Source of the DNA: Acidobacteriota bacterium
GTDB taxonomy: Bacteria; Acidobacteriota; UBA6911; JACQSX01
Reading direction: 5' to 3'
DNA length: 23,969 nucleotides
Assembly: GCA_036507075.1 (NCBI GenBank)
Contig: DASXQR010000198.1
Coordinates: forward strand, 1-23,969
The notes under the pieces were generated by a model. That model was given only the letters and a program-made list of their open reading frames with translations. It searched no databases and was not told where the DNA came from. Positions 16,174-23,815 of the stretch are shown here, piece by piece. A program made the position numbers and the translations under genes. Numbering within the stretch: the stretch's first letter is position 1; every line of letters starts with the position of its first letter.

Positions 16174-16993
16174 ACCGCGAGGAGCTCAGCCCTGACCGGA
16201 GCTGGATGTTGCGGATGGTTTCGCGGGCCTGTGCTCGAACGTGCTCGGAATAGGCGGGAGAGGTAAATTTTTCCATCTGCGGCAGGTCGTCCTTTGTTCC
16301 AACCAGAAACAGCGCCCGTAGTGCTTCCCATAATTGAGCGTCGTCGGGAAGGACTGCCATCAGTTCTTGCCCCGGCCGGACAAGCTCGCCGGTTCTGGCG
16401 AACTGCTCACCCGCAATTCCGGATATGGGAGAGAGAACCTCGTTTGTTTTGCCGTTTGCCTGAATTTTGGCCAGCACCTGCCCGGGCTTCAATTCATCTC
16501 CCTTACTGGTTTGAAACGCCAGTTGGCCGCCGGTGCTCGATCGAACAGAAATGGGTTGCAGCATCGACAAAATCTCAGGCTTGCCCGAAATATCATGGAA
16601 TCGGACCAGCGAAAGCGCGGCATTTCGCCGCACCATCGGTTGTTCATCGTGAAGCAGCCCTTTCAAATCGTCGTGAAACGGCGCGAAGCTCGTGTCCTGT
16701 CCCATGACCCATGCTGCCGTGAGCCGCACTTCCTTTGATGGATGGCGCGCCACTTTCTGGACATTCGGATACCAGTGCCGCAGTTCCTGATCGCCCGAAA
16801 TCATGCGTTTCTCTATCTGAACGAGCGCATGCTGAATTTTTCTGGGCTTGTTCCAATCAGACAAATACTGTCCCATCTGCGATTCTGTAAGCGACCTCCC
16901 AAACCAGGTGCCCCGCCAGAAGAGAAACGGCACCACTACAAAGGTCAGGATGGTGAGTACGAAGAAAATGTGAGAACGGGCGCCTCGTAACAT
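16172..16993 (-). CDS. Membrane-anchored HEAT-repeat protein with an inserted biotinyl/lipoyl-like (barrel-sandwich hybrid) domain
   Basis: Start reassigned to ATG 16993 because the track's longer frame overlaps DUF420; N-terminal TM; HEAT motifs EVRLTAAWVMG, MVRRNAALSL, HVRAQARETI; KGDELKPGQVLAKI...EVLSPISG...GELVRPGQELM. Confidence 0.75.
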   Translation of the reverse strand: MLRGARSHIFFVLTILTFVVVPFLFWRGTWFGRSLTESQMGQYLSDWNKPRKIQHALVQIEKRMISGDQELRHWYPNVQKVARHPSKEVRLTAAWVMGQDTSFAPFHDDLKGLLHDEQPMVRRNAALSLVRFHDISGKPEILSMLQPISVRSSTGGQLAFQTSKGDELKPGQVLAKIQANGKTNEVLSPISGIAGEQFARTGELVRPGQELMAVLPDDAQLWEALRALFLVGTKDDLPQMEKFTSPAYSEHVRAQARETIRNIQLRSGLSSSR

Positions 16994-17004
16994 AGCGTCA
17001 ATAG

Positions 17005-17421
17005 CTATCCGAGGTGATAGAGCATCCAATAGACCACCACGCCGGTCACTGAAACGTACATCCAGAGCGGAAAAGTCCAGCGCGCGATTCGCCTGTGCCT
17101 TTGGAAATCGCCTTTTAGCGCGCGCGCCAACGTTACAAGCACCATCGGCACTATCACCACGGCCAGAAAAGTATGGCTTATCAGGACCATAAAATAAACA
17201 AGGCGAACGGCGCCCGCACCGGTGAAATGCTTTGAACCCGCGTGGTAGTGATAGAACAGGTAAGAGGTCAAAAACACGACAGAACTGGAAAATGCGAGGA
17301 GCATGAAGATTTTGTGCAGGCGGATTTTTTTCTGGCGAATGCACCAGTATCCGATCAGGAGCAGAATCGCGCTGGTCCCATTCAACAGAGCATTCAGCGT
17401 GGGAAGAAATGCAATGGTCAA
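17005..17421 (-). CDS. DUF420 family membrane protein (YozB/CtaM-like, oxidase-assembly associated)
   Basis: LPTLNALLNG, HK.FML.AF..S..FL..YL.YH, LISHT.LA, HRRIARWTFPLWMYVSVTGVVVY; TTG start. Confidence 0.9.
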   Translation of the reverse strand: MTIAFLPTLNALLNGTSAILLLIGYWCIRQKKIRLHKIFMLLAFSSSVVFLTSYLFYHYHAGSKHFTGAGAVRLVYFMVLISHTFLAVVIVPMVLVTLARALKGDFQRHRRIARWTFPLWMYVSVTGVVVYWMLYHLG

Positions 17422-17430
17422 TCTTTAACG

Positions 17431-17490
17431 TTGTGTTTTGGTGTCTTGGTGCCTTGGTGGTTATATTATTTGAACCACCAAGGCACCAAG
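17431..17490. repeat. Palindromic element of CACCAAG-type units
   Basis: Perfect 18-bp arms cttggtgccttggtggtt (17445-17462) / aaccaccaaggcaccaag (17473-17490), plus an extra degenerate unit on the left. Confidence 0.88.
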
Positions 17491-17498
17491 TCAAATTC

Positions 17499-18425
17499 TC
17501 AGTTGGCTTTATCCAGCACCATCAGAATCAGAAGCGCCGGCAGATAAACCACGGATGCTTTCAACAACCTGCGCGCATCTCTGGTGGTCCGGGACTGGGC
17601 CGCACGATAGCCGTAATGGAGAAAGAACAGGCCCAGCGCGATCGCGCCAGCCAAGTAAATCCAGCCGGTAGTGCCCAGAACGGTTGGAAGTAAGCTGACC
17701 GGGACCAGCGCCAATGTGTAGACCAGAATCTGTTGGCCGGTGATGAAACCGGTCTCGTCCTGAAGCGGAAGCATGCGATAACCGCCGCGCTCATAGTCCT
17801 CGCGGTACAGCCAGGCGATGGAAAGAAAATGCGGGAATTGCCACAGGAACATGATCAGAAACAACGTCCAGGCTTCCATACCCAAGTGACCGCGTGCCCC
17901 CGCCCATCCGATCATAGGCGGAATCGCCCCCGGGATGGCCCCAATCATGGTGCAAAGAGAGGTTTTCTGCTTGAGCGGCGTGTACAGGAACAAATAACTG
18001 ATAAGCACCAGCAATGTGAGCAGGCTGGCAAGCCAGTTCACCATCAGCACGAGGTAAACCAGGCCCGAAAGTGAAAGAAACAGGCCAAACCAGAGAGCGC
18101 GGCCCGGCTCCAGTCGCCCCGCCGGGAGGGGCCGATTTTCAGTGCGACGCATCCGTTTATCCGGAACTCGTTCCAGAAACTGGTTCAACGTCGCAGAGCC
18201 GGCTGCCGCCAGCGCGGTGCCAAGCAGAGTATGAAACAGGGCCAGGTATTTCAGAGGGCCCGACGTGGCGAGGTAAAAACCCACCAGCGTGGTTACCAGC
18301 ACGAGCAGCGTGACACGAGGCTTGGTCAGCTCAATGTAGTCGGACCAGTGCCCGACGCGGAACAGGTCCCCACACCAGGCAGGCGACATGACGGCCGCCT
18401 GAACGTCACCTGGTCGCTTGGACAT
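17499..18425 (-). CDS. ctaB: Protoheme IX farnesyltransferase (heme o synthase, CtaB/CyoE)
   Basis: ELTKPRV, NQFLER..DKRMRRTENRPLPAGR, YTPLK, GAIPGAIPPMIGW, WQFPHF, YREDY..GGYRMLP; RBS GGAGG. Confidence 0.96.
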   Translation of the reverse strand: MSKRPGDVQAAVMSPAWCGDLFRVGHWSDYIELTKPRVTLLVLVTTLVGFYLATSGPLKYLALFHTLLGTALAAAGSATLNQFLERVPDKRMRRTENRPLPAGRLEPGRALWFGLFLSLSGLVYLVLMVNWLASLLTLLVLISYLFLYTPLKQKTSLCTMIGAIPGAIPPMIGWAGARGHLGMEAWTLFLIMFLWQFPHFLSIAWLYREDYERGGYRMLPLQDETGFITGQQILVYTLALVPVSLLPTVLGTTGWIYLAGAIALGLFFLHYGYRAAQSRTTRDARRLLKASVVYLPALLILMVLDKAN

Positions 18426-19338
18426 TGACTTCCTCCACCATCAGCCCGGAGCGATCCGGTACGGCGCGCTCGTAGCGACGATAAATCCGCAAGGCAAATA
18501 CGAGCGCTGTTGCCAAAACCAGCGCCCCGAGGGCTACGTGTGCCGTTGAACTCCAAACATACTGCGGAGTGGGCTGCGGGAAATCAAGCCTGATTTTTCT
18601 GATGAAAAAAGTGGCGATTCCAAGAATGAACTGAGAAATGACCAGCGTCTGAAGAAGCGCGGCCCACGCGCGCCACTCTTTCCCGTAGTGGACCAATGCC
18701 CGTAAACACAACCACACGCAAGCAGCCAGCACCAGCACGCCTCCGGTCACATGAGGCATGACTCCAAGCGCGTTGTGGCGATACCCCGCACCCAGAATCA
18801 ACTGAATATAAACGACGGCTACCACCACCAGAGCGGGCAGCCGCAGGCCGGGGCGGTCCGATGGTTCCAGTCTCTCCTCCTCCTGGACCCACTTCGGCCC
18901 CGTGACGACAGAGAGCGCGATAATAATGCAAAAAAATCCCTGAGCCAGAGAGGCGTGAGCCATAGAAACGGGAGGCGGCAGGAAGTAAAGCACCGTAATT
19001 CCGCCAAGCAGGCCCTGCGCTATAACAGCGGCCAGAGCCCCCCATCCCAGGCGTCGAACCCAGCGGCGGGGCTCTTTAAGAGAAATCCAGATTGCCAGAA
19101 TGACGGTCAGCATCCCCACAAAAGTCGCCACCATGCGGTGGCCGTGTTCATAGAGAACTCCACCGACCATATCCGGCATCCACTTTCCAAACGAGAGAGG
19201 CCAGTCGGGAACTGCCAGGGCCGCGTCGTTGCTGGTTACCAAGCCGCCCGCAACGATGAGCAGAAGAGTACAAAAGGCCGTAAAACAAGCATAACGATGA
19301 AGCCAGAGGCGCTCGCCCGGCTTTGATGCATAAGTCAT
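18406..19338 (-). CDS. ctaA: Heme A synthase (COX15/CtaA)
   Basis: GGLVTS..AALAVPDWP, EHGHRMVA, QGLLGGITV, conserved His residues (MAHA, MPHV, TAHV). Start moved to ATG 19338 because the track's longer N-terminus is translated REP sequence. Confidence 0.9.
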   Translation of the reverse strand: MTYASKPGERLWLHRYACFTAFCTLLLIVAGGLVTSNDAALAVPDWPLSFGKWMPDMVGGVLYEHGHRMVATFVGMLTVILAIWISLKEPRRWVRRLGWGALAAVIAQGLLGGITVLYFLPPPVSMAHASLAQGFFCIIIALSVVTGPKWVQEEERLEPSDRPGLRLPALVVVAVVYIQLILGAGYRHNALGVMPHVTGGVLVLAACVWLCLRALVHYGKEWRAWAALLQTLVISQFILGIATFFIRKIRLDFPQPTPQYVWSSTAHVALGALVLATALVFALRIYRRYERAVPDRSGLMVEEVNVQATR

Positions 19339-19354
19339 AGTAAGATTTTCAGCC

Positions 19355-19511
19355 GTAGAGACGCGGCATGCCGCGTCTGAGCCAGGCCGCGACATGTCGC
19401 GGCCAAGTACGAAGCAGCCGACGGCGACAAGGCCGCGACATGTCGCGGCCAAACTCAGACGCGGCATGCCGCGTCTCTACAGATGACTAAACGTCTCTAC
19501 AGATGACTAAA
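19355..19511. repeat. GTAG-type REP doublet (REPIN/BIME-like) with two internal perfect palindromes and a 20-bp tandem duplication
   Basis: GTAG-agacgcggcatgccgcgtct (19355-19378) and its inverse ending in CTAC (19457-19480); ggccgcgacatgtcgcggcc at 19385-19404 and 19431-19450; cgtctctacagatgactaaa twice (19472-19491, 19492-19511). Confidence 0.88.
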
Positions 19512-19534
19512 CTCGAGGCGCTGGCGCTTTAAAC

Positions 19535-20296
19535 CTATTTCAGCGTGAAATCAACTGCCTTGGACTCTTTTGCGGCCACGGTGACTTTCTGGTCAACTGT
19601 GCCGAGCTTTTCATGCCATGCGGCGACGGTGTAATCGCCCGGCGGCAGACCCTTCAGCTCGAAAGAGCCGTCACTGCCGGTTATAGCGAAAATCGGGTGT
19701 TTAAGAACCGCGATGTAAGACTTCATCCAGGGATGAATGTTGCACTTTACCGGAATGGCGATTTCTTCGCGATTGAACGTCTTTGTCTTCTTCGCGGTTC
19801 CGGGGGCCTGGGATTCATTCCATTCCGGATTCATCTTGGGCAGCGGATGAATGTTGTGGTTGGTATTGTCGCTGTTCAGTATGTCGATCGGCTGTCCCGC
19901 CATGACGGCGAGGACGTGCGGATGATAGGTGCAGCCTTTCTGATCCAGCGATGCAGCCTGAGCCGGCACCTGAAAACTCTGATTCAGACCGTCCTTTACA
20001 TACACCAAAACATTGGCCAGGGTTCCGTTGTCATTCACGGTTATCTCTTCTGTTTCCACTCCACCGGGATGTTGCGCAGCGCAGTACTTGTCGGCATCCA
20101 TGCGAATCTTCCGGGGTGTCGGCTTGGTACCGGCAAAAGTCACTTTGCCCGTGACCGTAGCAGCATTCGCCATGTCAGCCGGGGCTGCCGGAGCAGCCGT
20201 GGGGGTGGATTCAGTTGCCGGCGCCGGTTCTTCCTTCTTTGTACAACCGATCGCCACAGCGGCAATCAACCCCAGCAATAGAAAATACCTTTTCAT
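19535..20296 (-). CDS. Lipoprotein with carboxypeptidase-regulatory-like and cupredoxin-like domains
   Basis: Lipobox VAIG-C; LDQKGCTYHPHV, NSDNTNHNIH, KCNIHPWM (C-x2-H-x2-M), DGSFELKGLPPGDYTVAAWHE. Confidence 0.82.
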   Translation of the reverse strand: MKRYFLLLGLIAAVAIGCTKKEEPAPATESTPTAAPAAPADMANAATVTGKVTFAGTKPTPRKIRMDADKYCAAQHPGGVETEEITVNDNGTLANVLVYVKDGLNQSFQVPAQAASLDQKGCTYHPHVLAVMAGQPIDILNSDNTNHNIHPLPKMNPEWNESQAPGTAKKTKTFNREEIAIPVKCNIHPWMKSYIAVLKHPIFAITGSDGSFELKGLPPGDYTVAAWHEKLGTVDQKVTVAAKESKAVDFTLK

Positions 20297-20370
20297 AGAT
20301 TTGTCCTTTCTGAATTGTTATGAAAGCCTTTCAATTTTAGTCTGATATCTGCGGACGATCAATTCGCCTC

Positions 20371-20467
20371 GAATGCGGATTGCGGAATGCGGAATGCGGA
20401 ATAGCTAAGCAATTTGGCCTGCTTTAGGGATTGAGTTCGACTGTATTCCGCATTCCGCATTCCGCAA
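20371..20467. repeat. Inverted tandem array of 7-bp GAATGCG units
   Basis: ttgcggaatgcggaatgcggaata (20380-20403) / tattccgcattccgcattccgcaa (20444-20467): a perfect 24-bp inverted repeat with a 40-nt spacer. Confidence 0.9.
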
Positions 20468-20470
20468 CTG

Positions 20471-23400
20471 TTACCTTGATTTTGCCTGTTCCTCCGGGGT
20501 CAGGTAGAACATGTAGCGCACCAGAAGATCGGCGTGATCCTTATCGTACTGGTTAAAGGACTCGGGGAGCTGACCGTTGAACACCCAGCGATTTCCTTCA
20601 CGACGAAACAGCCCGGATGGCATTGCCGTCCCTGGATGGATCAACTGCGGGTTGATGATCCAGCGCTTAGTCCAGGCGGGTTTGAGGCGCTCCTTTACAA
20701 AAAGGAAATTGGGAGCGCTGGCATTCTGATCATGGCCGGGATCGCCGGTCGCGTGGCATTTCAAACAGGGCGCCGCTGTGGAAGTGAAGAGCTGCCGAGC
20801 CAGCACCTTTTCCTGCTCGGTAAGCGGTTCTACAGGCTGTTTGGTGTAAGGCTCGGGCTGATGAGACTGCCCTTCAAAGAACTTCACCAGCGTGCGCAAC
20901 TCGCGCTCCGAGAAATTGAATGTCGGCATGCGCACCGCCAGATAAGACCGCACCCCATTGCGATCCCTCTCGCGCTCCGCAGCCGAAGAAGCCTGGGCGC
21001 CGCGGAACGCTTCCGCACGGGCCTGCTCATTGGCGGCGCCAGCCGTGGCCATCCCCTGCTGAACCGAGTGATTCTGTTTTTCTGAAAGCGACGGATCTTT
21101 CAAAAACCGAATCAACCAGTTGGGATCGACTCTCGCTCCCTCCTGGAGCAGATTCGGGGGCAGCTTTTCCTTCGCCTCCGAATATTGAGACAGCTCGCTC
21201 AACGCCGCCTTTTGGCCGGGACGAAGCGTGTGGCAGCCCATGCAGTTGTATTTCTGCACAATCCACCAGCCATCCTGGACGTCTCGCCGCTGGTCGTCCG
21301 GGTTGAAGAAATACTGCTTGGGAATAGTGCTGCTGTCGACGCTGCCGACCAGGAATGTAGTGATCGCATTGATCTGGTCTTTGTCCAGATTGGGATGCGG
21401 CATCTTCAAGCGCTCGGTCTTGGCCTTCAGCTTTCCTTTGTCATAAACGGCCGGATCGGCAAGCTTGCGCTCGAAGAAACCTTTATGGTTGTACCAGCCT
21501 TCACTCTTTGCCTTTTCCGTGAGCAGCGCAAAATCAAGCCTTTCGATCGGCTTGCTTCCTTCCAGCGTCAGCTCGGTACCGATGCGTTGCTCTTCCTCCA
21601 GACCCGCAATTTCATGACACCCGGCACAGCCGTAGTTTCGAACCAGAGACCTGCCTTTGGCCATCAGGTTAGGATCATCCATGAAATCCGTTGCCGGGTA
21701 ATTCTGCGGCTTTTTCTGCTGCATCAGATAAGAAGCGATGTCGCGCGCCTCCTCCCAGGTCAGACGCAGGCTGGGCATTGCCGTCATCTGCTGCACCACC
21801 AGTTCAGCGCCGTCGTTGGGACACCGGCTGTGTTCTTCGTCGAAAAGATACGGCTTATTGTTCCGGATGTAGTCCTCCAAGGGAATGTCGCGCTTTTCCT
21901 TAGGACAGTAAGGCATGGTTCGCTGTCGTGGATTATGAATCCATCGCACCACATAGTCGTAATTAGCCTTCTCCCCGACGCGCGTCAGATTGGCGGCAAA
22001 AGTGCCTCCCGCCCGTTCACTGCCTTCGCCCATCGAATGACAGGCCATGCAGCCGCGCGACTCGAACGCTTCCTTGCCTCGGATGGAGTCACCGGGCGGC
22101 TGCGAAGCCAGCAAGGACGCAGGTCCTGACATGGACGCACTCGCGGCAGCCGGCTTCTGTGAGACCGCCCTCGCGCTGCCTGCAGAGGAAGGCGCGGCAG
22201 CCGGCGCGATTGCCGCCGGAGCCGGGTTGGGAGTTGCCGACTGCCAGATGAAGGCCGAGATGGCCTGAACTTCGTCCCGGCTCAATCGGAAGCGCGGCAT
22301 CTTTGTGGCAGGGCGGAAATTCTGTGGATTTTGAATCCACAGCGGCACCCATTCCTTGCGCAGTTTGAGACGAACGTCCTTCAGGTTGGGACCGACCTTC
22401 TTTTGTTCCATCAACAAGCTTTTAAGCAGGAACGTCTGCTGCTCAATCTCGGCATCGACATTGCTGGACGCCACGCGCAGATTTTCAGCCCTCTGATAAA
22501 GCTGCTGCGCCTCGGTGTTTTCCCTGGCCCGGTCACCCTGGCGCTCGGCGCGCGACGCTTCGCGCAAGTTCTCTTCCTTTTTTTCCTGAAGCTGTTGGAT
22601 CGTCTTCTGCGTGGCTTGAATCTGACCGGGCTCGGGATCAAAGTTGGCATGGAAATGACAACCCCAACAGCCGCGTTGCAGGAAGAGCTGTTTTCCACGC
22701 TCAAATACATTTGAATTGGCCAGAACGATGTCCCGAGAATGGCACTGCTGGCAGCCTGCTTCAGTATTGTCCCTGTGATGCATCGGCCAGAGCCAGTGCT
22801 CGTAATTGCCATGTGCTTTTTCAACACTGGTGGTGGCAACACCGTTGCCTCCGTGGCAGGGCGTGCAGCCGAACCGCTCCGGATCATGGATCTCGAGCAG
22901 CTCCTTATTTGGGTGGGTGACAAATTCGGATCGCCCCCCCATGTCCGCTTTGGCGAGCGTAACAGGCTCGCGAATGCCCACGTGGCATGACTCGCAACGT
23001 TCGACCCAGTTCATTCCCGCCACAGGAATGTTAATCTGCTTGATTTCCACCGGAAACCTGCGCACTTTGGCCTGCAGTCCGGCAAGCTGCTCGGGAGTGA
23101 GCCCTTCCATCTGATGTACCACGTATTCGTCCCGGGTTTTGCGAAGCTCGCCGGCCGGCTTCAATGCCAACCCGCGCGCGGAAAGTAATTCGCCCTGCCG
23201 GCGCTTCAGCTCATTAAACTTCGCTTCCAGGTCGTCGTAGGGGAAACTGACTTTCTCGCCGTCATTGGATCCATTATCGGCAGGCATTTCTACTTTGAAC
23301 GGGCCCTTCTTCAGCTCGGCCAGCTTTTTCATCAGCCGCTGACGTGAACCCTCGCTTTCCGCAGTCTCCGCTTTATAAATCAGAGCCGAAACCTCGCTTC

Positions 23401-23815
23401 GCGCCAGCGTAAACGGCTCCTGCAGTGCGGCCAACTGTCGATTCGTCTGGGCGAGTTGCTGGTCGATTTCACGCAGCCGGGGGGCGGCGGTCGCTTCAGC
23501 CAGTTTGACGGCTTCATCCAGGCGGCGGTACTCGGGTGTCTGTCGGATTTTTACTTCGTCCTTCTCCTGCACCGGTTTTACGCGGCTCAAATACCTCCCG
23601 TATAGCTCGGCAAACTGGGCCTGGTAACGGCGCCAGGGGCGGTGACCGAGAGCTTCTTCATAAAGCGCCCACATCAAAGTTATGAAAAGCAGCAGCGCGG
23701 AAATGAGAATCGGAACGCTCAAAGAGCGGCTGACTATCGGATCTTCAAGCGGCTCGCTCGGTTCGATCTGGTCCCGACGATCGTTCGGATCATTTCTTAG
23801 CGGTGTATCGGACAT
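20471..23815 (-). CDS. Membrane-anchored multiheme cytochrome c (8 CxxCH motifs)
   Basis: N-terminal TM, coiled-coil segments; CESCH, CTPCH, CQQCH, CWGCH, CMACH, CAGCH, CMGCH, CLKCH. Confidence 0.93.
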   Translation of the reverse strand: MSDTPLRNDPNDRRDQIEPSEPLEDPIVSRSLSVPILISALLLFITLMWALYEEALGHRPWRRYQAQFAELYGRYLSRVKPVQEKDEVKIRQTPEYRRLDEAVKLAEATAAPRLREIDQQLAQTNRQLAALQEPFTLARSEVSALIYKAETAESEGSRQRLMKKLAELKKGPFKVEMPADNGSNDGEKVSFPYDDLEAKFNELKRRQGELLSARGLALKPAGELRKTRDEYVVHQMEGLTPEQLAGLQAKVRRFPVEIKQINIPVAGMNWVERCESCHVGIREPVTLAKADMGGRSEFVTHPNKELLEIHDPERFGCTPCHGGNGVATTSVEKAHGNYEHWLWPMHHRDNTEAGCQQCHSRDIVLANSNVFERGKQLFLQRGCWGCHFHANFDPEPGQIQATQKTIQQLQEKKEENLREASRAERQGDRARENTEAQQLYQRAENLRVASSNVDAEIEQQTFLLKSLLMEQKKVGPNLKDVRLKLRKEWVPLWIQNPQNFRPATKMPRFRLSRDEVQAISAFIWQSATPNPAPAAIAPAAAPSSAGSARAVSQKPAAASASMSGPASLLASQPPGDSIRGKEAFESRGCMACHSMGEGSERAGGTFAANLTRVGEKANYDYVVRWIHNPRQRTMPYCPKEKRDIPLEDYIRNNKPYLFDEEHSRCPNDGAELVVQQMTAMPSLRLTWEEARDIASYLMQQKKPQNYPATDFMDDPNLMAKGRSLVRNYGCAGCHEIAGLEEEQRIGTELTLEGSKPIERLDFALLTEKAKSEGWYNHKGFFERKLADPAVYDKGKLKAKTERLKMPHPNLDKDQINAITTFLVGSVDSSTIPKQYFFNPDDQRRDVQDGWWIVQKYNCMGCHTLRPGQKAALSELSQYSEAKEKLPPNLLQEGARVDPNWLIRFLKDPSLSEKQNHSVQQGMATAGAANEQARAEAFRGAQASSAAERERDRNGVRSYLAVRMPTFNFSERELRTLVKFFEGQSHQPEPYTKQPVEPLTEQEKVLARQLFTSTAAPCLKCHATGDPGHDQNASAPNFLFVKERLKPAWTKRWIINPQLIHPGTAMPSGLFRREGNRWVFNGQLPESFNQYDKDHADLLVRYMFYLTPEEQAKSR

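Noticed and set aside
16994..17494. N-terminal 167 aa of the 440-aa ORF 16172..17494
   Set aside because: It overlaps the well-supported DUF420 gene in another frame and begins inside a repeat; the real start is probably ATG 16993.
19339..19467. N-terminal extension of CtaA in the ORF track
   Set aside because: It is translated REP palindrome sequence; CtaA-like sequence begins after ATG 19338.
834..20467. Calling the palindromes ordinary rho-independent terminators
   Set aside because: Most lack a U-tract, have long repetitive arms, and lie inside apparent operons or divergent regions; termination may be a side role for the convergent ones only.
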